A DNA stretch of 64,000 bases from Brevinematales bacterium. Lineage in GTDB: Bacteria > Spirochaetota > Brevinematia > Brevinematales > GWF1-51-8. Positions 25,597 to 35,138 of this stretch are shown here, in pieces. Each line of letters starts with the position of its first letter. Position 1 is the stretch's first letter. A program made the translations under genes and the position numbers. The notes under the pieces were generated by a model. It saw nothing but the letters and a program-made list of their open reading frames with translations. It made no database searches and was not told the DNA's origin. The stretch spans positions 89,698 to 153,697 of the forward strand of contig JAGVBZ010000003.1 of assembly GCA_020059465.1 (NCBI GenBank), written 5' to 3'.

Positions 25597-26331
25597 TCAC
25601 TTGATCGTCATATATTTTTTCTTAATTTCATCCTTCGGGAACGCGTTGAAATGCCACCACTCGTTGGGAATACCGGTAAACCCCGCTCCGAGCATGGCGT
25701 CGCGGAGAATCAGACGGTTGCTGTACTGGGCGGGAGTGAGTGTCATGTCCGCGAGAAACTTCTCCTCGAATTTCGGCTGGGAAAGATCGCTGAAGCTGTC
25801 GAACGGCGTCCCCATATCGAGCGGGATACCGTCCGGGCCTGTCACCGACAGGTCGACCGCGCCGCCGTAATTATGGATCGAGCCCTTCGCGGGGTCGGCG
25901 ACATAGATTTTCTGCGGCGTATCCTTCACCAGTTCCCACATTGCGGCCTGTACGCTCTCCGGGCGCGCGCCGTCGTAAATAATCAGGCTGTATCCGGGAT
26001 GACTCTTTTTCAGCAGCGCCTGAGCGTTCGTGAGTTTAACCGCAGCGCCGGGAAGAAGATAGCATTTCTCCAAATCGCCGTATACGTCGCGGCCGAGGAA
26101 ATTATTGGTGGTCGAGTATGCCAGCGCGACAGCGATGGACGGATCGTATCCGGAGACGTCTACCAATCCCTGAGAAAGCATGGAGTTTTCAATCGCGGAA
26201 AGCGGGTTCGCATCGGTTATTACTGTATTGGTATCCGTGACAGGCTTTTTCTCAGGCGTCCTGCATCCTGAAAACACAAAAAATACCGTCAGCAGCAGCG
26301 CAGTAAAACGCGATAGATTTCGTATCATCAT
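25597..26331 (-). CDS. D-alanyl-D-alanine dipeptidase-like M15 peptidase (VanX/DdpX family), lipoprotein
   Basis: Lipobox FVFSGC. SIHNYGGAVDLS (S-x-H-x-x-G-x-A-x-D) and NEWWHF match the VanX-type zinc site. Confidence 0.75.
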   Translation of the reverse strand: MMIRNLSRFTALLLTVFFVFSGCRTPEKKPVTDTNTVITDANPLSAIENSMLSQGLVDVSGYDPSIAVALAYSTTNNFLGRDVYGDLEKCYLLPGAAVKLTNAQALLKKSHPGYSLIIYDGARPESVQAAMWELVKDTPQKIYVADPAKGSIHNYGGAVDLSVTGPDGIPLDMGTPFDSFSDLSQPKFEEKFLADMTLTPAQYSNRLILRDAMLGAGFTGIPNEWWHFNAFPKDEIKKKYMTIK

Positions 26332-26394
26332 GACCTCATAAAAATAATACTATTTTAATAGATTGGAGGAAAAATTACAACGTTCGGATAGGGG

Positions 26395-27948
26395 CTAACG
26401 ATAAATAAAATTGATGGGTTCTTTTACGGCGCTGCGCACGATATCCCATGATAAGGGTTTGATGATCTGCAGAGGACTCGAAATCAGATTGACTTCCTCC
26501 TCCCCTATACGGTTGAAGTTCCTATCAAAGTAAACTCCAATCGTCGGACGGTCGAGCTTCTCGGAATTTACACCGCGCACCAGCCCGATCCGCGAATCGG
26601 ATAGAATAACCCAACTCCCCACTGGATACAACGAGGCCGCTTTCAGGAATGCATAAATGACATCGCCGTCAAATTTTGTCCGCTCGTTCGACAGAAGTTT
26701 CACAACAGTATCGCGCGGCGATAGTACGGTGTTGACAAACGGATTCCTAGTGATCATTTCCGTATAGTATTCGGCGAACATCAGGATCGGGGTATACTTC
26801 GTGAAAAAGCGGGGATGCAGCCCGCTCGGGTACCCGCTGCCGTCGTAGCGCTCGTGATGCTGGAATACCGCGCGCTGTACCTCATAGTCGATATTCAGGG
26901 TCTTCGCTATATGGTATCCGTTGCTGGGATGAAGATCGATAATAGACTGATGCTGTATATCGAAGACTGAGTTATCCTTCAGATCGGGTACCTGTTTACG
27001 AAATTCTATATCGTGCAGTAAAGCCGCAATTCCCAGATTGACCAAATCGTCCAGGGTAAATGACTTCTTGCTGATCGATAATAACGTACCTAAGTCTTCC
27101 GAACTCAGCGACTGGGATTTCTGATTAATAATTCGGGTCAATTCTATCGCCGCGACCAAAGAAATAATCATCACCTGAAGCGAATGGGACGAGATGTATG
27201 AAACCTTCGATTCATTCCGGGAAAGGAACGTAAGCATTCCCCGCGCAAGATCGTATCCCATATCCGCCAGAAAATCCACTACAATATTTTCGACAAACGA
27301 TGTAAATACCGTTTTTTTCGTAAGAACGGAGTCCATAAAAAACTCCGCATTCTGTTCATAGACATCGCTTCGGTTCACCAGTTCGTTTGTGCCGAGCGCG
27401 TCAACATCGGAAAGCGATTCCATATCGGCATGAGTCTGCGCATAATGGTCGATGATATTCATCGTATCCTTTCGGGTCGACGTCTGAATGGTTTTAATCG
27501 AATTTTTATATTTCTCAAGATGCGCGTTCCGGTAATTTTCAACCCTGTTCTGGTAGTCGTCGCCGCGGATTACCGCTTTCTTCTTTTCGACAATCCCCTT
27601 TAATGCACCGTCCAGGTTCTGATCGCTGACCGCAGCCCGTATATCGCTCTCGCCAAGCACTTCGCGGTATTGCGATATCTGCAAAGATTTTAACGTCTCC
27701 CTGCTCTGCTTTTGGCCTAATTCCTTCGCTTGAATTTGAGGATCGGGGATATTCAATTGCGACCTCAGCGAATTAGAAAGGACGACGGAAAGTTTATCGT
27801 TCGGTTTTATTTCCTTAATTTTTCCTATATCCGACGCGGTCAGAACACGCCCCTGCCGCAGTCCGACATCAGCGGTAAGATCCTGATTGAGCACCATCCC
27901 CTCTCGTAAATCGTTGATGGGAACCATAAGAAGAGAAAAATTATCCAT
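26395..27948 (-). CDS. HD-GYP domain phosphodiesterase, paralog 1
   Basis: HSLQV...LHDIEFRK...FQHHERYDGSGYPSGL. C-terminal YPVGSWVILSDSRIGLV is typical of HD-GYP proteins. Confidence 0.85.
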   Translation of the reverse strand: MDNFSLLMVPINDLREGMVLNQDLTADVGLRQGRVLTASDIGKIKEIKPNDKLSVVLSNSLRSQLNIPDPQIQAKELGQKQSRETLKSLQISQYREVLGESDIRAAVSDQNLDGALKGIVEKKKAVIRGDDYQNRVENYRNAHLEKYKNSIKTIQTSTRKDTMNIIDHYAQTHADMESLSDVDALGTNELVNRSDVYEQNAEFFMDSVLTKKTVFTSFVENIVVDFLADMGYDLARGMLTFLSRNESKVSYISSHSLQVMIISLVAAIELTRIINQKSQSLSSEDLGTLLSISKKSFTLDDLVNLGIAALLHDIEFRKQVPDLKDNSVFDIQHQSIIDLHPSNGYHIAKTLNIDYEVQRAVFQHHERYDGSGYPSGLHPRFFTKYTPILMFAEYYTEMITRNPFVNTVLSPRDTVVKLLSNERTKFDGDVIYAFLKAASLYPVGSWVILSDSRIGLVRGVNSEKLDRPTIGVYFDRNFNRIGEEEVNLISSPLQIIKPLSWDIVRSAVKEPINFIYR

Positions 27949-28130
27949 ATTATTTACCTTTCACCACACGGGTAAATAATTTTAACATTTAAGAAAATAT
28001 TTCGCAAGCATTATTTCTTATTATTATATTATAACAGATAATATATTTTCTATTGAATAATAAAACATTTTATACGGGATTATTTCGATAAGAATATTGT
28101 AATAATATAATATATACGATTATATATACA

Positions 28131-29684
28131 CTAATGATAGATAAAATCCATGGGGCCTTTTACCGCGTCTCGAACAATATCCCATGATAACGGCTTGACG
28201 ATTTCGATCGGGCACTTAGAAAGGTTGACTTCCTCATGCTCGATCCGGTTAAAGGACTGATTGAAATAGATGCCGACCGTCGGCCTGTCCAGCTTGTCGG
28301 AATTGACCGAGCGAACCAGCCCGATCCGTCCGTCGGATAGAAGTACCCATCCGCCAACCGGATACAGCGAAACCGCCTTGAGAAACGCATAGGTGATATC
28401 CCCGTCAAATTTCACCCGTTCGCTGGACAGCAGGCGTACGACCGCGTCGCGGGGGGATAGGACAGTATTTAAAAACGGGTTCTTCGTGACCATCTCGGTA
28501 TAGTATTCGGCGAATATCAGTATCGGGGTATACTTCGTAAAGAAGCGGGGATGAAGCCCGCTCGGGTACCCGCTCCCGTCGAAACGCTCATGATGCTGGA
28601 ATACCGCGCGCTGAACCTCGAAATCGATATTCAGCATTTTTGCTATATGATACCCGTTGCTCGTATGCAAATCGATAATCGACTGCTGCTGCATGGAAAA
28701 AACAGAATCGACTTTCAGATCGGGCACCTGTTTCCGGAATTCTATATCGTGAAGGAGCGCGGCTATCCCCAGATTGACCAATTCTTCCAATGTAAATGTC
28801 TTTTTACTGATGGAAAGGAATGTAGCCAAATCGTTTGATTCCAGCGCTTCGGACTTTTTATTAATCATCCGCGTCAGTTCGATCGCGGTGACCAACGAAA
28901 TTATCATTACCTGAAGGGAATGGGACGATAAAAACGCATGCGGCGAATCACCCCGCGATAGAAAGGCAAGCATCCCGCGCGCAAGTTCGTATCCCATATC
29001 GGCAAGAAAATCGACGACCAGATTATCCACAAACGAAGTATAGACAGATTTCTTATTCAGCACCGTATCCATGAAAAGACTTGTGCTTAATTCGTAGGTT
29101 CCGCTTCGATTGACGATTGTTTTCGTATCGAGCGCATCTATTCCTGCAAGAGATTGCATATCGGCATGGGATTGTGCATAATGTTCGATGATATTGATTG
29201 TATCTTTCGGCGCGGTCATCTGAACGGATTTCACGGAATTAATAAATTTATCGATGTTTGCGTTCTTATAGCTCTGAAATGCTGTGATATTTTCCTCACC
29301 GCGAATAACGGATTTCTTCTTTTCGACGATACCCCGCAGGGTAGTATCGAGGGTTTTATCTTCCATCGCTTTCCGGGTATCGGTCTCCCCGAGCACTTCC
29401 CGGTAATGCTCGATCTGGAGCGATTTTAACGCAGCCTTACCCTGCTCGTTTCCCAATATCCGGGCCCCTTCATCCGATTCCCGAATATTCATCTGAGCCC
29501 TGAGAGATTGTGATATAACAACCTGCAGAATGCTGACAGGACGGAGTTCCCTGATACGTCCGATATCTTTCGTAGTAAGAACACGGCCTTGACGCAGACC
29601 TACTGAATGCGTCAAATCCTGATTGAGAACCATTCCCTCTCGAAGCTCGGCAATAGGAACTGAAAGATGCGAATATCCTTCCAT
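28131..29684 (-). CDS. HD-GYP domain phosphodiesterase, paralog 2
   Basis: Same length (517 aa) and collinear with paralog 1. FQHHERFDGSGYPSGL. Confidence 0.85.
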   Translation of the reverse strand: MEGYSHLSVPIAELREGMVLNQDLTHSVGLRQGRVLTTKDIGRIRELRPVSILQVVISQSLRAQMNIRESDEGARILGNEQGKAALKSLQIEHYREVLGETDTRKAMEDKTLDTTLRGIVEKKKSVIRGEENITAFQSYKNANIDKFINSVKSVQMTAPKDTINIIEHYAQSHADMQSLAGIDALDTKTIVNRSGTYELSTSLFMDTVLNKKSVYTSFVDNLVVDFLADMGYELARGMLAFLSRGDSPHAFLSSHSLQVMIISLVTAIELTRMINKKSEALESNDLATFLSISKKTFTLEELVNLGIAALLHDIEFRKQVPDLKVDSVFSMQQQSIIDLHTSNGYHIAKMLNIDFEVQRAVFQHHERFDGSGYPSGLHPRFFTKYTPILIFAEYYTEMVTKNPFLNTVLSPRDAVVRLLSSERVKFDGDITYAFLKAVSLYPVGGWVLLSDGRIGLVRSVNSDKLDRPTVGIYFNQSFNRIEHEEVNLSKCPIEIVKPLSWDIVRDAVKGPMDFIYH

Positions 29685-29768
29685 ACCTTATTACCCCCCA
29701 TTTCTTCGATTAAGTATAATACAAGGTAAAAAAGTTAGCAAGAAACTATAATAAATAATCTCATCTAT

Positions 29769-31316
29769 TTATCCGTTCGTAAAAATAAAATTCAACGGCC
29801 CGCCCGCGATTTTACGGATCGAGGAAAGATCGATCGGCTTCACAATTTGCGCGTCCGATTTGGAAAGGTCCTCCATGAACGGGTTGACGCGCTGGAGATT
29901 TTTATCGAAAAATATCTTTAATATCGGGCGTTCCAATAGCGCTTTATTGATATCGTACACTATCCCGATATTCCCGTCGGACAGGAGAAGCCATGTCCCT
30001 ATCGGGAACAAGGACGCGGCGCGGATAAACGCATAGATACTATCGCCGTCAAGCTGATGCCTCTGTTTGCTGAGTATTTCGACCAACGCCGTCCGCGGCG
30101 AGAAGTATTTATTGACAAAAGGGTTGGGAGTGGTCGATTCTATATAATGCTCGGCAAACATGATAACCGATGTATATTTTGAATAGAAACGGGGCAAAGT
30201 CCCGTTGGGAAAACCTGACCCGTCAATACGTTCGTGATGCTGGAAAACCGCGCGCTCCACATCAAAACTCAGCCCCAGCCTTTTCATCATATGAAACCCG
30301 TTGGTCGGATGGGTATCGATTATCGAATCCCACTCGTATCCCCCGTTATAGCTGTAGGTCAGATCGGGAACTCGAATCTTGATATCGATATCGTGGAGAA
30401 CCGCGGCAATTCCGAGATTGATAAAATCTTCCAGTTGGTACGATTTCTTTCCGATCGCGAGAAATGTGTTCAGATCGTTATACTTTATATCGAGCGCTTT
30501 CTCGGTAATCATCTTCGACATTTCGATCGCGGTAATCAGCGCGACTATCATCACCTGCAGGGTGTGGGAAATGATAAAATTGGAATAATGCTCGATTTTT
30601 GAAATAGCGGAAAAAAGAGCGCGCGCGAGTTGATACCCGACATCGTTGATAAAATCGAGGACTATTTCTTCAATAAACCCGGTAAAAATCATATTTTCAC
30701 GCTCGACCGCGTCTAAAAAATACTTAATATTGCGTTCGTAACGGTCGAGCTTATTGACCAGTTCCTGCAATTCGATACCGTCAAGCTCGCTAAGCCCGTC
30801 GATATCCGCCGCACTCTTAGCAAACCCGTCGATCACCTGCAGAGTCTCTTCTTTTTGATGGGTATGGATTGTTTTAAGGGTGCCGTGAAATTTTTTCATA
30901 TTGTCTTCACGATGAGTATCCACCCGTTCATGATACTCTTCGCCGCGAATGAATTCCTTTTTCAGTCCCACCAGCTGCTGAACACGCTGGCCGAGTACGG
31001 TATCATACAGGGAATTTCTTTTTTCCAGATCGGGAAGGTCAAGCCTGTTTATTTCATCTTTTAATTCGGAGCGCGAACGATGAGCAGCTGCCTGCGGTGT
31101 TTCCGCGGGTTTATCGAACTGAAATATCTTGATCGTTTTGATCTTTTGGGATTTCTGGATTTTTTCAATATCGCCCACAGACAGAACATATCCGGAACGC
31201 ATGCCGGGTATAAACGGAATCTCCTCAGATAAAACCTGTCCTGGTTTTAAAAGCTCTTTATCGATTTCCAGCACATTCGGTTGGGAAGAAACAGAATCTT
31301 GCCCGCTTGTCTCCAT
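29769..31316 (-). CDS. HD-GYP domain phosphodiesterase, paralog 3 (more divergent)
   Basis: HTLQV...LHDIDIKIR...FQHHERIDGSGFPNG. Only 26 nt downstream of skp, with no visible terminator between. Confidence 0.85.
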   Translation of the reverse strand: METSGQDSVSSQPNVLEIDKELLKPGQVLSEEIPFIPGMRSGYVLSVGDIEKIQKSQKIKTIKIFQFDKPAETPQAAAHRSRSELKDEINRLDLPDLEKRNSLYDTVLGQRVQQLVGLKKEFIRGEEYHERVDTHREDNMKKFHGTLKTIHTHQKEETLQVIDGFAKSAADIDGLSELDGIELQELVNKLDRYERNIKYFLDAVERENMIFTGFIEEIVLDFINDVGYQLARALFSAISKIEHYSNFIISHTLQVMIVALITAIEMSKMITEKALDIKYNDLNTFLAIGKKSYQLEDFINLGIAAVLHDIDIKIRVPDLTYSYNGGYEWDSIIDTHPTNGFHMMKRLGLSFDVERAVFQHHERIDGSGFPNGTLPRFYSKYTSVIMFAEHYIESTTPNPFVNKYFSPRTALVEILSKQRHQLDGDSIYAFIRAASLFPIGTWLLLSDGNIGIVYDINKALLERPILKIFFDKNLQRVNPFMEDLSKSDAQIVKPIDLSSIRKIAGGPLNFIFTNG

Positions 31317-31342
31317 AGATCGCCCCGGTTCTTCTATGCCTG

Positions 31343-31885
31343 CTAGTTCCTGTCCTCCAACTGAAGTTCTTTCTTCAAACGCTCGATCACATCGGGAGTC
31401 AGGTCAAATTCTTTATCGACATAGAGAATATCCTTACTTGATTTCTTGAACACAAAACTATACCCTCTTTCCTTACTGACCCGTTCGATAATCGCGCTGA
31501 TTTTGGCGTATATAGGCCCTGTCAGCTCTTCCTTTAACGCTTCAAGTTTCTTGTTGGCATCGTCTATAAATTCGTAGAGGGTTTCTTTTTTATACTGTAT
31601 TTCGGCTTCACGGCGCTCTTTTTCTTCATCGGTCATGGAGTTAAAATTCTTCTGGAAGTTCTGCTCCATGATGGCGATTTCTTCTTTTAGTTTGTTTATC
31701 TGCGCCTGATACTTATCCTTCTCGACCTTAATTTTCTGCTTAATATCTTCGATACCCGGGTAGAACTTTACCACCTCTTCTACATCGACAAACCCGATCA
31801 GTACGAGCCGTTTGTTCTCATCGGCAGCATAACCGCCGCTCATTAAAAATATGATAGCCGTCAGGCCAAAAATTAATTTTCTCAT
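31343..31885 (-). CDS. skp: OmpH/Skp-family periplasmic chaperone
   Basis: Signal peptide, then a long K/E-rich coiled-coil arm between beta segments. Its position immediately after bamA is typical for skp. Confidence 0.75.
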   Translation of the reverse strand: MRKLIFGLTAIIFLMSGGYAADENKRLVLIGFVDVEEVVKFYPGIEDIKQKIKVEKDKYQAQINKLKEEIAIMEQNFQKNFNSMTDEEKERREAEIQYKKETLYEFIDDANKKLEALKEELTGPIYAKISAIIERVSKERGYSFVFKKSSKDILYVDKEFDLTPDVIERLKKELQLEDRN

Positions 31886-31914
31886 AAATTCCTCCTAACC
31901 GATTGAAACAATTT

Positions 31915-32502
31915 CTACTTCACTTTATTCTTTTTCTTCCACTCGCGCAGGATAAGCGCTTTTTCATCCTTTAAATCCACCTTCAGCTTATAAAGAACAT
32001 GCCCGGTTACGTCATATTTTACATCATAATATGCCACCATATCCGAACCTTTGATAAACACGAAACTATATCCCTGATCGATGCTGACCAGACGTATATA
32101 TTTATTTATTTTCACCTTTACCGGCGTGGTCAGACGGTCTTTCACAGAATCCAGGTAATCCTTGCCCCATTTTACATAAGCAGTCAGTTCCTTGCGTGCA
32201 ACATCGATTTTCATCTCGAGCAATTTTTTCTGTTCGGGACTCAGCCCGGCAGATTTAACCTGGTACTCGTTTTCCAGTCCCGCCAGTACCGCTTGTTTTG
32301 CGGCAATCTCTTTTTCTACCTTGACTGTTTCTTCATATATCTTTTGTTTGATGAGTTCTATATTAGGAAAGTTATTTTTTACAGCTTCCAGATCGATATA
32401 TCCCACTTTAACAAGACGTTTCATTTGTCCAAAGCCATAGAAACTCCGGGTTGCCGTAAATAAGAGGAGCAGAACAGGAAACAACACCCAACCTTTTATC
32501 AA
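31915..32502 (-). CDS. skp: OmpH/Skp-family periplasmic chaperone (second copy)
   Basis: Same architecture as 31343-31885 (VGYIDLEAV..., coiled-coil, GYSFVF...). Directly downstream of bamA. Confidence 0.7.
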   Translation of the reverse strand: MIKGWVLFPVLLLLFTATRSFYGFGQMKRLVKVGYIDLEAVKNNFPNIELIKQKIYEETVKVEKEIAAKQAVLAGLENEYQVKSAGLSPEQKKLLEMKIDVARKELTAYVKWGKDYLDSVKDRLTTPVKVKINKYIRLVSIDQGYSFVFIKGSDMVAYYDVKYDVTGHVLYKLKVDLKDEKALILREWKKKNKVK

Positions 32503-32514
32503 AACATCCGCCTC

Positions 32515-34962
32515 CTAGAATAATCCCTGTATCGAGAATACGACCTGCCAGTTATCGAAAAAGTACTGGTTCTTCTCGAGCTGCCATGCTTTCGTATCGT
32601 TATTATATCCCCCTTTGCGGGCGAGATAAAGCCGGATCGGAAGACCGGGTATATTCAGTTTTACTCCGAAGCCGAAACTGAACAGGTAATTATTCGGTTC
32701 GAACGACCAATCCTTGTATCCAGCCCATAAGCTGCCGAGATCGAAGAAGAACGCTCCCCATAACTCCTGTCCGTATATTTCAAAACGCAGTTCCGTGCTA
32801 TAGAATGCCTTCGATTCCCCTCGGTACGGATAGTTCATCCATCCCCGCAGTTCATAAACTCCATCGAACCACAGCATATCCGAGGTATCGTACTTGAATT
32901 TAGTCCCGTCTGCCTGCGAATAGAATTGGGGCAAGATAAATTCGCCGGAACCGTGGAACGCCAGCACAAATTTCCAAAACGGATTCCAATAAAGACTCAT
33001 CCCGTATTTTGCGCGCAGATAATGGATATCTCCCCCCAAAAGGCCGCCGTTATTATAGAAATATATGAAACCTAACACACCTCTCAAGGGATTGAGGGGA
33101 TGGTCGGTCGAGTTCCAGTTAAAACCTAATCCCAACGTGTTCTTGAACGTGTATTCTTTGGTCAGCGAATTGGATAAGGATGTATTCGGCTGCCATGTCG
33201 AGCTGAGAAGTAACGGGTTCTTGAAGTTCGCGTCCATATCACGGTACAGACTCAATCCGTATGAAAGAAACCCGTCCCAGTATATCCCCAATCGTTTTTT
33301 TATTTCCAATCCGAATGAAAATGCCTGCTTATAATAACGGTTTGTCGAAGTAAAGGTCGGGAGAGATATCGTGTTATTACTGACATAATTGATATTTGTC
33401 CCGTCGATAATTCCGTCATTGTTATCGTCTACCGGAATGTTATCGTAGAGATAACGCGAGAAACTGAAGGAAATGGACAGATAAGTGGGAGTGTCGAACA
33501 GCCACGGCTCGGTGAACGATAACTCCAGAAGCTGGCGCTTTTCCCCGTATTCTCCCTTGAACGCTACAATTCTTCCGGTACCAAGAAAATTCTTTTCCGA
33601 TATCTGCGCGGTGCCGTTGAAACCGCTCGCTGTTCCGTAACCGATACCGAACGTGATCAAACCGGTACGCTGTTCCTCCACCTGAATATCGATATTCACC
33701 AGCCCCTCGGCGCTCCCGGGCTGCGGAACAAAATTAACATTACCGAAATACTGAAGCTGTACGAGTTTTTCATAACTCTGACGGACTTTAGTCTGCACCC
33801 ATAGTTCGCCCTCGTCGAATATCAATTCGCGCAGTATCACATTATCCTTTGTTTTTGTGTTGCCCTTCAATGTTACCGATTCGATATGCGCGCGTTCGCC
33901 CTCATGAATATAAAACACAGTATCGACAATAAAATTCGACGGGTTTTTAACCATCTGGTAGGAAACATTAGCGTATAGATACCCGTTATCGCTGTATTTA
34001 TTATAAATCAGATAACGTCCGTAATCGATTTTTACTTTATCATAGACATCGTTCGGTTTCAAATCGACATATTTCAGCAGATCTGCCTGTGAAAACAGGA
34101 TGTTGTTCGTGATTTTTATATCCCCGACATAATACTTGGGGCCCTCGACCAATCCGACATAAATAACGATCGCTTTATGCTTATCGTCGCCGAGTTCCTC
34201 TATTTTCCATTCGAAACGGGTAACCTTGATATCGAGAAAACCTTTCTGCTGATACAGCATAATCACACGGTCTTTATCCCCATAAAAATCTTCCATGTTC
34301 AGGATTCCGCTCTGAAGTATGAATACCTGCTCTTTCGTTTTCATCACACCCTTGACTTCGCCTGAATTAACCTCGTTCGCGCCGAAAACCTCGATTTTCT
34401 CGACTACTATCTTCTTTCCCTCGGATACGGTAAACACCATATCGTACTTATTCTGCTTGATATCGACCGGAACCAGACTTGCGGAAACACTCGCCTCGAT
34501 GAATCCCTCATTGAGATATTTATCCTTTATCCGTTGAATCGCTTTGAGTTTATCCTCGGTATTATAATGCATTCCCTCGACTAACGGGATAATATCGGAA
34601 AGATCGCTTTTATTGATCGAGTTGTTTCCCTGGAAAATTATTTTATTGATCAACGGGTTTTCATGGAGAACGAATGTGAGAATTACTCCATCCGGCGTAT
34701 CCTTCAGGTAACCCTTGACATCGCCGTTGAACGGGCTGAATCTGGGATCAGCGAGCGCCTTGATGGCGTTGTTAAAAAGTTTTTCCTTGAACGTTTCCCC
34801 TACCTTGAACGGGAGAAGCTTCAAGATTTGATTCGAACTGATCGTAATGATAGTTCCCTCGAACCGGATTTCTTTTATAGTCGGATTTTTTAGTTCCGGC
34901 GCCTTCGCGAAAAGAAAAACCGGTATGATAAGCAAAAATATCGCTGAAAGGGACTTTTTCAT
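32515..34962 (-). CDS. bamA: outer membrane protein assembly factor BamA (Omp85)
   Basis: N-terminal POTRA-like repeats (IKEIRFEGT..., IEVFGANEV..., IESVTLKGNTKTKDNVILREL). C-terminal barrel ending ...VVFSIQGLF. Start at MKKSLSAIF, preceded by AGAGGAG. Confidence 0.9.
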   Translation of the reverse strand: MKKSLSAIFLLIIPVFLFAKAPELKNPTIKEIRFEGTIITISSNQILKLLPFKVGETFKEKLFNNAIKALADPRFSPFNGDVKGYLKDTPDGVILTFVLHENPLINKIIFQGNNSINKSDLSDIIPLVEGMHYNTEDKLKAIQRIKDKYLNEGFIEASVSASLVPVDIKQNKYDMVFTVSEGKKIVVEKIEVFGANEVNSGEVKGVMKTKEQVFILQSGILNMEDFYGDKDRVIMLYQQKGFLDIKVTRFEWKIEELGDDKHKAIVIYVGLVEGPKYYVGDIKITNNILFSQADLLKYVDLKPNDVYDKVKIDYGRYLIYNKYSDNGYLYANVSYQMVKNPSNFIVDTVFYIHEGERAHIESVTLKGNTKTKDNVILRELIFDEGELWVQTKVRQSYEKLVQLQYFGNVNFVPQPGSAEGLVNIDIQVEEQRTGLITFGIGYGTASGFNGTAQISEKNFLGTGRIVAFKGEYGEKRQLLELSFTEPWLFDTPTYLSISFSFSRYLYDNIPVDDNNDGIIDGTNINYVSNNTISLPTFTSTNRYYKQAFSFGLEIKKRLGIYWDGFLSYGLSLYRDMDANFKNPLLLSSTWQPNTSLSNSLTKEYTFKNTLGLGFNWNSTDHPLNPLRGVLGFIYFYNNGGLLGGDIHYLRAKYGMSLYWNPFWKFVLAFHGSGEFILPQFYSQADGTKFKYDTSDMLWFDGVYELRGWMNYPYRGESKAFYSTELRFEIYGQELWGAFFFDLGSLWAGYKDWSFEPNNYLFSFGFGVKLNIPGLPIRLYLARKGGYNNDTKAWQLEKNQYFFDNWQVVFSIQGLF

Positions 34963-35138
34963 TCCCGACACTCCTCTTTGTAACATCCGCGCTTCCCGTC
35001 AACGCGTCCTCTTACATTGGAGAGAAGCGTTTCCGAACCGGTTAGATATCAATGAAAATACTGAAATCGCAGGATAATATTGTAGTTAATTTTTTACAGG
35101 AGGTCAAATTACTGGATAGAATATTATAAAGTATGCCC

